Shown here: one piece after another, positions 48,401-57,680 of the stretch | Numbering within the stretch: the stretch's first letter is position 1 | How the letters are laid out: the number at the start of each line of letters is the position of its first letter | DNA from: an uncultured Anaerolineales bacterium | GTDB taxonomy: Bacteria; Planctomycetota; Phycisphaerae; FEN-1346 | Direction: 5' to 3' | DNA length: 64,000 nt | Assembly (NCBI GenBank): GCA_964397995.1 | Contig: CAYNLG010000005.1 | Span: 322 to 64,321, forward strand | Notes under the pieces: model-generated | Database searches by the model: none | What the model saw: only the letters and a program-made list of their open reading frames with translations | What the model was told of the DNA's origin: nothing | Made by a program: the position numbers and the translations under genes

Positions 48401-48994
48401 GACCAGGCGGTGCTCCAGGACTTCGCGACGGACGGGCGGCGGCTGCTCTTCTCGACGCTGCGGCCCGAGCCGGGCCAGGCGGGGGCCCTGCGGGTCGTCG
48501 CCGTCGACGGCACCCTGTACAAGGGGGTCGCCATTGTCGTCCTGCTGGCGCTGGGCCTGCTGCTCGCGCCGATGCGCTTCGGGCGCAAGGTGCTGGCCGT
48601 GGGCCTGCTCCTGGCGGCGGTGGTGCTGGGGGGGGTGTTCCTGCCGTCGGCGGCCCGGGCGACGGTCTCGACGGCCACCGTGGCCGCCTGCTGCGTCGTC
48701 CTCATTATCTGGACCCTCTGGTACCTGCTGATTACCCGGCCGCGCGACCCGCGCCGGCGCGAGCGGCGCGAGGCGCGCCTGGCGGCCCGGGAGCAGGCGG
48801 CCCAAGGCCGGGCGGGCAGCGCCGTCGAGCCCGTCGAGCAACCGCCCAAGGGCGAGCCGGAGGCCGTCGTCGAGGCGGAACCGGATGCGGCCGACCCCAA
48901 GGCCGACGCCGACCCCGAGGCCGCACCCCCGGACGAGGCGGGCGGCCAGGCCGACGAGGATGACACCCAGCGGGAGGAGGGCGGCCATGCGTAA
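45485..48994 (+). CDS. giant membrane-anchored modular protein A (~1170 aa: signal peptide, ~1000-aa extracytoplasmic beta-rich module, C-terminal 2-3 TM helices, acidic tail)
   Basis: Start chosen at MTRYGTWLWLAAVIGLCGTGTWAAAAA. Conserved N-terminal module motif IYIPYEKL...VFLPYERFQELWKAA. C-terminal TMs VAIVVLLALGLLLAP / VLAVGLLLAAVVLGGVF / VAACCVVLIIWTLWYLLI. Its stop overlaps the next gene's ATG by 8 nt. Confidence 0.7.
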   Translation: MTRYGTWLWLAAVIGLCGTGTWAAAAAAPPEAAPAAPAADDDAPLKEQTIYIPYEKLREVFEAQGRGVFLPYERFQELWKAAREARTRPPEAAPPIETLIAEAAYVATVAKDVVTVDGTLRIEVLKEGWNEIPLGLPHAAITRAALGDEPARIVSRGEAGYALLVENAADAPQVLELALTFAKAYTKAPGQNSVTFQAPRSPVSRWDVRIPESGVKVNIQPLLAATEVPDEAGADQTRVLAFVGAAPQVRIDWTPKAEGAKGLEALATVQCRQQVTIDEGVTRTRAELAYEISRAELPRLVVDVPLDQKVVNVFDPNVREWSVEQVAADEVRRIEVQLFEPAKGSQDLVVELEKFASDTLVAVPVVRARNVGRQQGWVVVGVADGLRAEAVRREGLLQVDATELPAPLRGKRWDFSYRYATVPFDLELRVETIQPRLLAETLVEAHLAPEDLTLDVLVVYDVQRAGVFNLAVRIPEGFEVRSVAGVQAGGAQPVVVDAHHVEAQPERRLVVNLGRKALGQVALAVQLHRPLREPDLLAPTGKAATVPVPVPRVDPETVERESGRLVVYAPESLRVNPETADGLRAVSHGEAVQGMRSTRRGGERPALAYAYSRDAVALALAAERRKPQVTVGQLLTARIESGVVQFEARLFYDILYSGVKSVRLDIPAEVAPELRVTSGDIRHTVDDDAADLADGMVAWRLTGETELMGRREIRLKWERTIEKLDLGNPTEIAIPRLVPREVDRAWGQIVLAKAETIDVMPAEMEESLRPIDPQHDLMHGVRIPDAALAFEFHDAWHMTVQATRYEPKDIKATAVEAAVVRFVVTRGDVTSVQALYRMRSFRQRLVIRLPGEVDFDIQPVRLNGRPVSLEQGEGGDYFVPLVGQEQNTPFLLELRYTVRGGGLTLSGPEFPEEPAIQKVYAAVYIPTEWVYLGKRGQWTPELVWRLRGFGAAPVGMYDSGWLLPWVTRGVDVDQAVLQDFATDGRRLLFSTLRPEPGQAGALRVVAVDGTLYKGVAIVVLLALGLLLAPMRFGRKVLAVGLLLAAVVLGGVFLPSAARATVSTATVAACCVVLIIWTLWYLLITRPRDPRRRERREARLAAREQAAQGRAGSAVEPVEQPPKGEPEAVVEAEPDAADPKADADPEAAPPDEAGGQADEDDTQREEGGHA

Positions 48995-51900
48995 CCTGCG
49001 CCCGCACCTGGCCGGCCTCGCGGCGCTCCTGGCCGTCGCCTCCGCGGCGACGGCGAGCCGCGACGCCCTGCCGCCCCAGCCGCCCGCCGACGAACTGGTC
49101 CGCGAACTGTACGTCCCGATGGAGGACCTGAACGTCCTCCTGCAGGGCGGGTCCCGCCGCGTCCTGCTGCCCCGCGACGAGTACGAGGCGCTTCTGGCGA
49201 AAGCGAAGCGCGAGGAGGAGGCGCGGCCGCCGCTCGCGGCAGCGCCCGTGGCGGCCGAGTACCAGATCGAGGTCGGCCGCGAACGCGCCCGCATCCGCGG
49301 CGCCGTCGAGGTCAACGTCCTGGCCCCCGGCCTCCATGCCGTGCCCCTCTCGGTCGGCCAGGTCGGCCTGGCCGAGGCGACGCTCGACGGCACGAGCGCC
49401 CCGCTGGGGCGCGGCGACGACGGGCGGCTGCATCTGTTCGTCGAGGGCAAGGGCCGGCACCGGCTGGAGTTGGCGGCCGTGGCGCCGCTCGAGACCACCG
49501 CCGCCCGCCAGGTCCTCCGCTTCGAGCTGCCGACGCCGGCGGCCACGCGCGTCCGTCTGACCGTGCCCGGCGACGTCGAGGTCAAGAGCGGCGCCGCCGT
49601 CCTCAGCCGCGCCTTCGACGAGGCCAACGGGGTCACCCGCATCGAACTGCTGCCCACACGCGGACCCACGGTGCTCGTCATGACCCTCAACAGCCGCCTC
49701 AAGCGGCTCGACCGCGTTGTGGTCGCCCAGAGCGTCCTGGTGGCCGAGGTCCGCCAGGCGGTCCAGCGCCTGACGGCGACGGTCTCGCTGGATGTCCTGC
49801 ACCGGGCGGTGGACGCCTTCCGGTTCGTCGTGCCCGCCGGGTACGAGGTGACCGACGTCCTCTCGCCGCAGCTCGCCCGCTGGGCGGTGACCGAGGAGGG
49901 CGGCCGGCGTATCCTGGAGGTCCAGCTCCGCGAGGAGGCCACCGGCACCGTCGTCCTGACCATCGGCACGGTCCGCCACGGCCGGGCCGTCGGGCCCTGG
50001 GCCATGCCGCGCCTCGAGCCCCTCGACGTGGTCGGCCACTCGGCCGTGGTCGGCCTGCTGCTGGAGGACCGGCTGAAGGCCGAGGCCCTCCAGCGCGACG
50101 GCCTCATCGGCATCGACACGCCCATGCTCCTGCGGGCCCTGCCGGCCGTGCCCGGCGCCGAGGTGACCGGGGGGCCGGTGCGGCCGGTGGCGGCGTACTA
50201 TGCGCCGCAGGCGGACTTCACCCTGACGGCCGACATCGCCAAGCCCCCCGCCGAACTGCTCGTGACCTCCAACCTGCTGCTCGTCCTCCAGGACAGCGGC
50301 CTGGAGCTCCAGGGCGGGCTGGCCATGCTCCCGAAGGAGGAGAAGCTCTTCACGTTCGATATCGCCGTGCCCGCCGGCTGGGACGTCCTCAGCGTCTCGG
50401 CCGAGGGCGGCCAGGCCCTGCCGTTCGAGCGCTACGGGCCGCGCGGCGAGGACGGCCGCGTCCACGTCCGCCTGCCCCGCGGTCTGGCCGCCGGCCAGGA
50501 GACCCGCATCTACTTCACCGCCAAGCGCGTCCCGGACGACTGGTTCGGCGCGTGGGAGACGCAGACGGTGGCGTTCCCGGCGTTCGCCGTGGCCGGGGCG
50601 GCCCGCGACACCGGGGCCGTGGCGGTCGACGCCCGCGACGACCTGCGGGTGCGGCCGGAGACGCTCGAGCGCCTGACCCCGCTGGACGAGAACGAGAAGA
50701 GCCAGTACGGCCTCGGCGGCGTCGCGACGAGCCTGGCATACCGCTACGAGGGCCGGCCTTACGAGGCCGAACTCCGCGTCACGCGCATCGAGCCGCGCCT
50801 GACCGCCGAGACGTTCAACTTCTTCCGCGTCGAGCGCGACGCCCGGGTCGCCCACTACGAGCTCATCTACACCGTGGAGCAGGCCCGGGCCCGCGAACTG
50901 CGGCTCGTTCTGCCGGCGTCCACGCCGACGGCCCTGGCGATCCGCGGCCTCGACGGCCTCGGCCTGAAGGAGTACACGAGCCAGGAGACCGACGGCGGCC
51001 GCGTGTGGACCGCCGTCCTCGCCGACGCCCGCAAGGGCACGCTCCGCCTGGCGGTCGACTTCGAGCAGCGGCTCGGCGAGGCCGAGCAGGAGACCCTGGG
51101 CCTGCCGCTCGTGCGGGCCGAGGGCGTCCAGTACCAGAGCGGGTTCGTCGCCGTCGAGGGCAGCCCGGAGCTGGACGTCCGCGTGACGGCCCACCCGCGG
51201 CGCGTCGACGTCGGCGAGCTGGTCGACGCCGACTACCTGCCGGGGCGGCGGCTGCTGGGGGCCTACGGTTTCGTCGGCGAGCCGCCCGCGGTGACGCTGG
51301 CCGTCTCGCGCCACGAGACCTACCCCGTGCCGCCCGCCCTCGTCGAGCGGGCCGAGCTGGCGACCGTCCTCTCGGCCTCCGGCGTCGCCCAGAGTGCCGC
51401 GCGCTTCCTCCTGCGGACCAAGGCCCTGTACCTGGAGGTGCGTCTTCCGGCGGGGGCGACGCTGTGGTCGGCCACGCTGGACGGCCGCCCCGCCAAACCC
51501 CAGCAGGAGGGCGAGCGGATTCTGCTCAGCCTGCCAGCGGGGGCTCCCGGCGCCGTCCGCGACCTGCAGGTGGTCTACGAGATGCTGGCCGATCGGCTCC
51601 TGCTCTGGGACCGGCTGGGCGTCCCCTCGCCGCGCCTCGTCCTCCACGAGACCGCCGCCGACAACGGCCGCCAAGTCCCCGTGACCGACCTGGTCTGGAC
51701 GCTGCAGACGCCGGCGGAGCACCGGGTGGTGGCGGCCGAGGGGAGCGTGGTGGCCGAGGGCATCGAGCCGCCCGCCCCGGCCGGGACGCGCGTGGCCGAG
51801 TGGTTGCTGGCGGCAAGCGGCGGGGTGGACTTCGACCACGGTCTGCTCGCGCTGCTGCTCCAGCCGCTCTCGTGCGCGGTCCAGAGCGGCCGGGCCCTCA

Positions 51901-54900
51901 AGAGCACCGAGTATGCCGATGCCCCCGCTTGGGATGACACCGGCGCCATGCCGTCCGAGCTGCCGACGGACGAGGAGGTGCTCGAGGCGGAGATGCCGCC
52001 CCCGGTGTCCCAGGCGCAGGCCGGGGACGTCGCGGGCGAGGCGGCCGCGACCGAGGGCACGGAACAGGCCGTGCGGCGGCCCGAGGAGCCCACGGCCCGC
52101 GAGGTCAGCAAGTGGGCCCTGGCCGGGGCGCGGAGCCTGAACATCGCCCTGACGCGGACGGACGAGGCGGGGGGCGTGGTGTTCCGGAGCCTCGGCGAAG
52201 AGCCGGCCCTGAACGTGACCATCGTCAGCCGGCGGCGCGTCGAGGCCCTGGCCTGGGGCCTGGCCGTGGCGGTCTTCGTCCTGGGCCTCGCCCTGACGCC
52301 GCGCTCCGCCGGCCGCAAGGCCGCCTACGTCGTCGTGGTGCTGCTGGCGGCGACGGCGTTGCCGGCCGTGCCGGGGTGGCTGGAGCTGGCCCTGGTGACG
52401 AACCCGGCCTTCTATGCCGCCTGCCTGCTGGTGCCGTATTACCTGGCGGCGGCGCTGGTCCGCGGGTTCCTGCGGGGGGTGGGCCTGGGGCCGAAGCCGG
52501 CGGCCGCGGCCGCCGCGGCGGCGCTCGTCGCGGCCGGGGTGCTGGTGGCGGGGGCCGGCGTGGCCGAGGCCACCGAGCCGGCGCCCGACCGGCCGTACGT
52601 CGTCCAGATCGTCCCGCTGCCCGACCCCGTGGACGTGCCGGACGACGCCATCCTCGTCCCCTACGACCCGGCCGCCGGGCCCGCCCGGGCCGGTCGCCTC
52701 CTCATCCCCTACGACCGCTACCGCGCTCTGTGGGAGCAGGCCTATCCGGACGAGCGCCGCGAGGGCGACCCGCCGCCGGCGGCGTATGCGCTGGCGGGCG
52801 CGGCCTACACGGCGCGCCTGGCGGGGGAGGAGTACCTGCTCGTGGAGGGCGGTCTGGACCTGGACGTCTACGAGGACGGCCTCATTGCCGTGCCCCTGCC
52901 GCTGGGGGGCGGCGTCCTGGCCCGGGCCGACCTGGACGGCCGGCCCGCCCGCCTCGGTGTGGGCGGCATGCCGGTGCCCGTGCCGAACGCGCCGCCCGGC
53001 TGGGTGGAGCCGGCGTCGGTCAACCTGAAGCAGCCGGTCCGCCAGGCCCCGGTCCAGCAGGCCGAACAGCAGGCCCGCCCCGGGGCGGCGCTGCTCGTCC
53101 TCTACGTCGAGGGCAAGGGCCGCCATCGCCTCGACCTGGCGGTGCGGATGAAGCTGGAGCGTCGCGGCGGGTGGCGCGTGGCCGAGGGCACCTTGCCGCA
53201 CGCCCCCGCCACGGCCCTCACCCTGACCGTGCCCGAGGCCGAGACCGAGCTGCGCCTGGGCGGCGTGGCCGACCGCCGCACCTACGAGACCAAGCAGCCC
53301 GGCGAGACCATCAGGACGGCCCTCGGGCCGGGGGGCGGCGTGACGGTCCGGTGGCGGCCGAAGGTCAGCGAGGGCCACGTCGATTACAGCCTGACGGCCG
53401 AGAGCGCGGCCCTGCTGGACGTCCAGGAAGACCGTGTGCGCCTGACCTGGGACCTGACGCTCCAGTTCCGGCGCACCGAGCGCGAGTTCTTCACCATCGC
53501 GCTGCCCGCCGGGTACCTGGTCGAGGAGGTGGCCGGGACGAACGTGCGGGGCTGGGAGATCCGCGAGGGCGCGGGGGGGCGGCGGCTGGAGGTGTCGCTG
53601 CTAAAGGCCGCCCGCGACGGCGAGTCGCTGCGCCTGACGCTCTGGCGGCCCGGCCGCGTCGCTGCCGCCGGCCCGGAGACCCTGGCCGTGCCGGTGGTGG
53701 GCGTCGAGGGCGCCGTCCGCCACAGCGGCCGCCTCACCGTCCGCCGCAGCCCCCTGCTGGACGTGCGGACGGTGGCGGCGCGCGGCGTCACGCGGACGGA
53801 CGTCCAGGCCGACGCCTTGCCGCGCACCGGCGCCGACGACAGCCCCCTCGGGACGCGGCCGTACCAGGCGTACGCGTTCGCCTCCGTCCCGTTCACCATC
53901 GAGCTGGGCGTCCAGCCGGTCGACGCCCGCGTCTGGGCCGAGGTCCAGTCCATCCTCCGCGTGGCCGACCGCGAGCGGCTCCTGGAGACGCGGGTCCTTT
54001 ACCACGTCCAGGACCGGCCCATCTACCGGGCGAGGCTGGCGATTCCGGACGACCTGGAGATCCGCGAGGTGACCGTGCCCGGGTCGTTCGAGTGGGCCGT
54101 CACGCGCGAGGCCGGGCGGAGGGTTCTGACGGTCTACTTCGGCAGCGGCGTCCTCGGCGACGTCCCGGTGGTCGTCCGTGGCAAGCTCGGCCAGGACGGG
54201 CCGGTCGAGGCCGTCCCCCTGCCGCGCCTGGCCGCCCTCGATGTCGACCGCCAGGAAGCCGACCTCGTCGTCCAGGTCGACCCGGCGTTCGACGTCCGGG
54301 CCCGCGACCTCGACGGCGTCGAGGTGGTCCTGCTGAAGCGGGTCCAGGGGTGGCTGAGCGGCGGGCAGCGCCAGCTCGCGCGCCTGGCGTTCCACATGCG
54401 CGAGCCGGTGTACGGCGGCCGCCTGGAGCTCTCGCCGCGGCAGCCGGACGTGAGCGGCTACACCGTCTCGAACGTCCGTGTCACGAGCCGCGCCCTGGAG
54501 GAAACGATCCTCCTCGTCTTCGACATCCGCCGCGCCGGCGTCCGCCAGGTCGTCTTCCGCCTGCCGGCCTACATGGCCGACGCGCGGATCAGTGTGCCGC
54601 TGCTGCGGCAGAAGACGGTGGAGCCGGTCGAGGGCACGGACCAGGTCCGCGTGACGCTGGACCTGCAGGACGAGGTGATGGACGAGTTGCGGGTGCTGGT
54701 GGAGCGGGACCGGCTGCTGACGCCCCAGGTCCACGAGGCGCCGGTCCCGGTCGTCGAGACCGGGCGCACCGACCGCCGGTACGTCGCCCTGGAAAGCGCC
54801 GGGCGCGACGAGGTCGTCGTCGAGGCGACCGAGGGCCTCGAACCCCTCAGCCGCCAGCAGAAGGAGTGGCGGACGGTGGCCGGCCTGCTCCAGGGCGGCC

Positions 54901-56777
54901 TGATGCAGGTCTACCTGGTCCGGGCCGACGCCGAGCCGCACCTGGCGTTCCGGACCAAGCAGCGGACGGCCGTGGAGACGGCCGGGGCCCGCATCGGGCT
55001 GGCCCGCACGGTCCTGATGATGGACGCCTCCGGGGCGTATCGCGGCGTGCAGACCTACCAGGTCGACAACAGCACCGAGCAGGTGCTGGCGGTGCGGCTG
55101 CCGGCGACGGCGCGGCTGTGGACGGCCCGGGTGGCCGGAGCCCTGGTCAAGCCGGCCGAGGCGGAGGGCGGCGACGCGAGCCTGGTGCGCATCCCGCTCG
55201 TAAAGACCGCCGCCGGCGACCTCGACTATCCAGTCGTCCTGAAGTACGGCGGCAAGCGGCCGCCCCCCGGCGAGGCCGGCCGCGTCGCGTTCCCCCTGAT
55301 CCGCACCGAGAACATCAACGTCGAGCTCAGCCAGGTCGAACTCCGCCTGCCGCGCACCCACCGCTGGGTCCACTTCGACGGCACCCTCGGCCGCGTCACC
55401 CGGGAGGGCGAGTTCGAGGCCGGCGTCCTGGCCTACCAGGGCAAGGTGCTGAAGCGGCTCGTCTCCACGCTCCAGTACGACAACGCCTTCGCCAAGGGCC
55501 GCGCCTTCACCAACCTCCGGCAGTTCCAGAAGGGGCTCAAGCAGACCCAGACGTACTACGCTGACCTGGCCGACCAGGAGGGCAACGAGCGGCTTCAGGA
55601 AGAGGTCCGCAACGCCGCCTCCCTCCTTCGCGAGGCCGACCGCCAGCTCGGCCTCCAGACGACCGAGACCGGCGAGCTCCGCCTCGGCGACGAGGGCCAG
55701 GTCTCCATCGACAACCGCGAGCGCCTCAACGACGCCTACGTGGGGCAGACCAACAAGCTCGCCCGCAACCAGGTCCAGGACGTCGGCGCCAACTGGTCCG
55801 GCGCCCTGAACGAGGCCGACGGCAAGGCCCAGTGGCGCTTCGTCAACCCGAACAACTTCAACTCCGGCTGGTTCGACGCCAACGGCCTGGTCGTCCAGGC
55901 CACCCGGGACGAGGCGGTCTCGGGCAAGGCCGCTGACCTCGACAAGAGCCGCGTCCTGTCCGAGTTCCAGATGCTGGATCAGCGCACGAAGCAGCTCAAG
56001 GCCCCCGCCATCCCCATGCAGAAGGGCGGCAAGGGCAAGGCCGACGCAGATGGCGACCGGCGCGATGAACGGTACCGCGAGGCTCGCCGTCGGGGCGGCC
56101 AGGCCGAAGCCGCCCAGCGCTACGTCCGCAAGCTCGAGGAGCAGCAACAGCAGCTCCAGGTCATCTCGGAGGCGGAAGAGGCCCTGCAGCGGCTGAACGT
56201 GACCGGCGGCGACCCCACGACCATCAACGACATCGTCACCCAGCACGAAGACGGCCTCCAGGCCGGGCGGGGGATCACGGTCTCCCTGGGGGGGGGCGCG
56301 GGCCAGGCCGTTGACTTCAGCGGTGGCCCCATCGCCGCCTTCGAGCACGGCCGCACACACGCCCTCGTCCGCCAGGGCGGCGAAGGCCGCACCGGCCTCG
56401 TCAGCCTGGACGTCGACCTGCCCGCCTTCGACGCGAGCCGCTGGCAACGCGTCCGCTTCACCACGCCGCGCGGCGACGTGCGGCTTGACGGCTGGGCCGC
56501 CTCCCGGTCGATGGTCGAAGGCCTGGAGCGGCTGGGCGTGGTGGTGGCGTCCGTGGCGGTGGTGCTGCTGGTTCGGGCCGTCGCCCGCCGCGCCCGCACC
56601 CGGGCGCTGCACGGGCTCCTCTCGACGGCGCTGATCGTCCTCGGGGCGCTCGGCGTGCTGTTCGGCGTCCTGCCGGTGGCCGGGTTGCTGGCCCTGCTGG
56701 CCGGCATCGTCTGGAAGATCGCGCGGGTCGTGGGGCGGCGGATCGGCGGAGCGGAAGTTTCGGGGACAGGATACTAA
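48987..56777 (+). CDS. giant modular protein B (~2596 aa): two tandem copies of the protein-A-type module, each ending in a multi-TM anchor
   Basis: ATG with GGGAGGAGG SD. Module 1 starts LYVPMEDL...VLLPRDEYEALLAKA and ends with TMs (LAVAVFVLGLAL; YVVVVLLAATALPAV; AFYAACLLVPYYLAAALV). Module 2 restarts after an internal signal-like helix with VVQIVPLPDP...LLIPYDRYRALWEQAY and ends with TMs (VVVASVAVVLLV; ALIVLGALGVLFGVLPVAGLLALLAGIV). The stop lies inside a palindromic repeat. Confidence 0.7.
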   Translation: MRNLRPHLAGLAALLAVASAATASRDALPPQPPADELVRELYVPMEDLNVLLQGGSRRVLLPRDEYEALLAKAKREEEARPPLAAAPVAAEYQIEVGRERARIRGAVEVNVLAPGLHAVPLSVGQVGLAEATLDGTSAPLGRGDDGRLHLFVEGKGRHRLELAAVAPLETTAARQVLRFELPTPAATRVRLTVPGDVEVKSGAAVLSRAFDEANGVTRIELLPTRGPTVLVMTLNSRLKRLDRVVVAQSVLVAEVRQAVQRLTATVSLDVLHRAVDAFRFVVPAGYEVTDVLSPQLARWAVTEEGGRRILEVQLREEATGTVVLTIGTVRHGRAVGPWAMPRLEPLDVVGHSAVVGLLLEDRLKAEALQRDGLIGIDTPMLLRALPAVPGAEVTGGPVRPVAAYYAPQADFTLTADIAKPPAELLVTSNLLLVLQDSGLELQGGLAMLPKEEKLFTFDIAVPAGWDVLSVSAEGGQALPFERYGPRGEDGRVHVRLPRGLAAGQETRIYFTAKRVPDDWFGAWETQTVAFPAFAVAGAARDTGAVAVDARDDLRVRPETLERLTPLDENEKSQYGLGGVATSLAYRYEGRPYEAELRVTRIEPRLTAETFNFFRVERDARVAHYELIYTVEQARARELRLVLPASTPTALAIRGLDGLGLKEYTSQETDGGRVWTAVLADARKGTLRLAVDFEQRLGEAEQETLGLPLVRAEGVQYQSGFVAVEGSPELDVRVTAHPRRVDVGELVDADYLPGRRLLGAYGFVGEPPAVTLAVSRHETYPVPPALVERAELATVLSASGVAQSAARFLLRTKALYLEVRLPAGATLWSATLDGRPAKPQQEGERILLSLPAGAPGAVRDLQVVYEMLADRLLLWDRLGVPSPRLVLHETAADNGRQVPVTDLVWTLQTPAEHRVVAAEGSVVAEGIEPPAPAGTRVAEWLLAASGGVDFDHGLLALLLQPLSCAVQSGRALKSTEYADAPAWDDTGAMPSELPTDEEVLEAEMPPPVSQAQAGDVAGEAAATEGTEQAVRRPEEPTAREVSKWALAGARSLNIALTRTDEAGGVVFRSLGEEPALNVTIVSRRRVEALAWGLAVAVFVLGLALTPRSAGRKAAYVVVVLLAATALPAVPGWLELALVTNPAFYAACLLVPYYLAAALVRGFLRGVGLGPKPAAAAAAAALVAAGVLVAGAGVAEATEPAPDRPYVVQIVPLPDPVDVPDDAILVPYDPAAGPARAGRLLIPYDRYRALWEQAYPDERREGDPPPAAYALAGAAYTARLAGEEYLLVEGGLDLDVYEDGLIAVPLPLGGGVLARADLDGRPARLGVGGMPVPVPNAPPGWVEPASVNLKQPVRQAPVQQAEQQARPGAALLVLYVEGKGRHRLDLAVRMKLERRGGWRVAEGTLPHAPATALTLTVPEAETELRLGGVADRRTYETKQPGETIRTALGPGGGVTVRWRPKVSEGHVDYSLTAESAALLDVQEDRVRLTWDLTLQFRRTEREFFTIALPAGYLVEEVAGTNVRGWEIREGAGGRRLEVSLLKAARDGESLRLTLWRPGRVAAAGPETLAVPVVGVEGAVRHSGRLTVRRSPLLDVRTVAARGVTRTDVQADALPRTGADDSPLGTRPYQAYAFASVPFTIELGVQPVDARVWAEVQSILRVADRERLLETRVLYHVQDRPIYRARLAIPDDLEIREVTVPGSFEWAVTREAGRRVLTVYFGSGVLGDVPVVVRGKLGQDGPVEAVPLPRLAALDVDRQEADLVVQVDPAFDVRARDLDGVEVVLLKRVQGWLSGGQRQLARLAFHMREPVYGGRLELSPRQPDVSGYTVSNVRVTSRALEETILLVFDIRRAGVRQVVFRLPAYMADARISVPLLRQKTVEPVEGTDQVRVTLDLQDEVMDELRVLVERDRLLTPQVHEAPVPVVETGRTDRRYVALESAGRDEVVVEATEGLEPLSRQQKEWRTVAGLLQGGLMQVYLVRADAEPHLAFRTKQRTAVETAGARIGLARTVLMMDASGAYRGVQTYQVDNSTEQVLAVRLPATARLWTARVAGALVKPAEAEGGDASLVRIPLVKTAAGDLDYPVVLKYGGKRPPPGEAGRVAFPLIRTENINVELSQVELRLPRTHRWVHFDGTLGRVTREGEFEAGVLAYQGKVLKRLVSTLQYDNAFAKGRAFTNLRQFQKGLKQTQTYYADLADQEGNERLQEEVRNAASLLREADRQLGLQTTETGELRLGDEGQVSIDNRERLNDAYVGQTNKLARNQVQDVGANWSGALNEADGKAQWRFVNPNNFNSGWFDANGLVVQATRDEAVSGKAADLDKSRVLSEFQMLDQRTKQLKAPAIPMQKGGKGKADADGDRRDERYREARRRGGQAEAAQRYVRKLEEQQQQLQVISEAEEALQRLNVTGGDPTTINDIVTQHEDGLQAGRGITVSLGGGAGQAVDFSGGPIAAFEHGRTHALVRQGGEGRTGLVSLDVDLPAFDASRWQRVRFTTPRGDVRLDGWAASRSMVEGLERLGVVVASVAVVLLVRAVARRARTRALHGLLSTALIVLGALGVLFGVLPVAGLLALLAGIVWKIARVVGRRIGGAEVSGTGY

Positions 56778-56838
56778 ACTCCCCCCGCTCGGGTCATGCG
56801 GCGTCGCCGTGACAGTTAAGTATCCTGTCCCCGAAACT
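56756..56838. repeat. palindromic REP/MITE-like element, copy 1 (25-bp inverted arms, 1 mismatch, 33-nt spacer)
   Basis: Left arm agtttcggggacaggatactaaact is 56756-56780. Right arm agttaagtatcctgtccccgaaact is 56814-56838. The spacer contains gcgtcgccgtgac. It encodes the last codons and the stop of the upstream giant gene. Confidence 0.85.
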
Positions 56839-56882
56839 CACGGCCGCTTGCTGCCCGCGAGGGCAGGGCGTATCCTGGGGCC

Positions 56883-57680
56883 ATGGCTCCAGACGACGCC
56901 CTGCCTTTCGCGCGCGCCGGCGGCACCGAAGGGGACCGGTACGCGCGGCACCGGGTGTTGGCGGGGGTCGGCCCGGCGGGGCAGGCGCGGCTGGCGGCCG
57001 CCTCGGCCCTGGTCGTCGGGGCGGGCGGCCTCGGGTCCGGGGCGCTGCCGTATCTGGCGGCCTTGGGCGTCGGCCGCCTCGGCCTCTCGGACGGCGAGAC
57101 GGTCGAGCCGTCGAACCTGAACCGCCAGGTCCTCTACGGCCCGGCCGACGTCGGCCGCGTCAAGGTCGAGGCCGCCGCCGAGCGCCTGGCCGCCGTCAAT
57201 CCCGACGTGCGGCTGGAGACGTTTGCCGCGCGCGTGACGGCCGAGACAGCCCGCGCCCGCGTGGCCGGGTGGGACGTGGTGCTCGACTGCACGGACAACT
57301 TCCCGGCCCGGTTCGCGGTGGCGGACGCCTGCTGGGCCGAGGGGGTGCCGCTCGTCTCGGCCGCCGCCGTCCGGTTCGAGGGCCTGCTGCTGGCGGTCCT
57401 GCCGGAGGCGGGGAGCCCGTGCTACCGGTGCCTCGTGCCGGAGGCCCCGCCGCGCGCCGACGAACCGCGGGCCCTGGAGGTCGGCGTCTTCGGGCCGGTG
57501 CCGGGGGTTCTCGGGACGCTCCAGGCGCTGGAGGCGGGGAAGGTGCTGCTCGGCCTCGGGGGGACGCTCGCGGACCGGCTGCTGGTCGTCGACGGCCTGG
57601 CCGGGACGATGCGGACCGTGCGGCGGACGCGTGACCCGGCGTGCCCGGTCTGCGGCGTAGTTTCGGGGACAGGATACTAA
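56883..57680 (+). CDS. ThiF/MoeB/HesA-family E1-like adenylyltransferase
   Basis: Nucleotide-binding LVVGAGGLGSGALPYLAALGVGRLGLSDGETVEPSNLNRQ. Paired CxxC motifs (CYRC ... CPVC). Its stop lies inside repeat copy 2. Confidence 0.8.
   Translation: MAPDDALPFARAGGTEGDRYARHRVLAGVGPAGQARLAAASALVVGAGGLGSGALPYLAALGVGRLGLSDGETVEPSNLNRQVLYGPADVGRVKVEAAAERLAAVNPDVRLETFAARVTAETARARVAGWDVVLDCTDNFPARFAVADACWAEGVPLVSAAAVRFEGLLLAVLPEAGSPCYRCLVPEAPPRADEPRALEVGVFGPVPGVLGTLQALEAGKVLLGLGGTLADRLLVVDGLAGTMRTVRRTRDPACPVCGVVSGTGY

Noticed and set aside
45485-56777. Bacterial alpha-2-macroglobulin or Bat-operon identity for the giant proteins
   Set aside because: There is no CxEQ thioester motif and no vWA/TPR partners, and C-terminal multi-TM anchors are present. 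The architecture does not fit these families.
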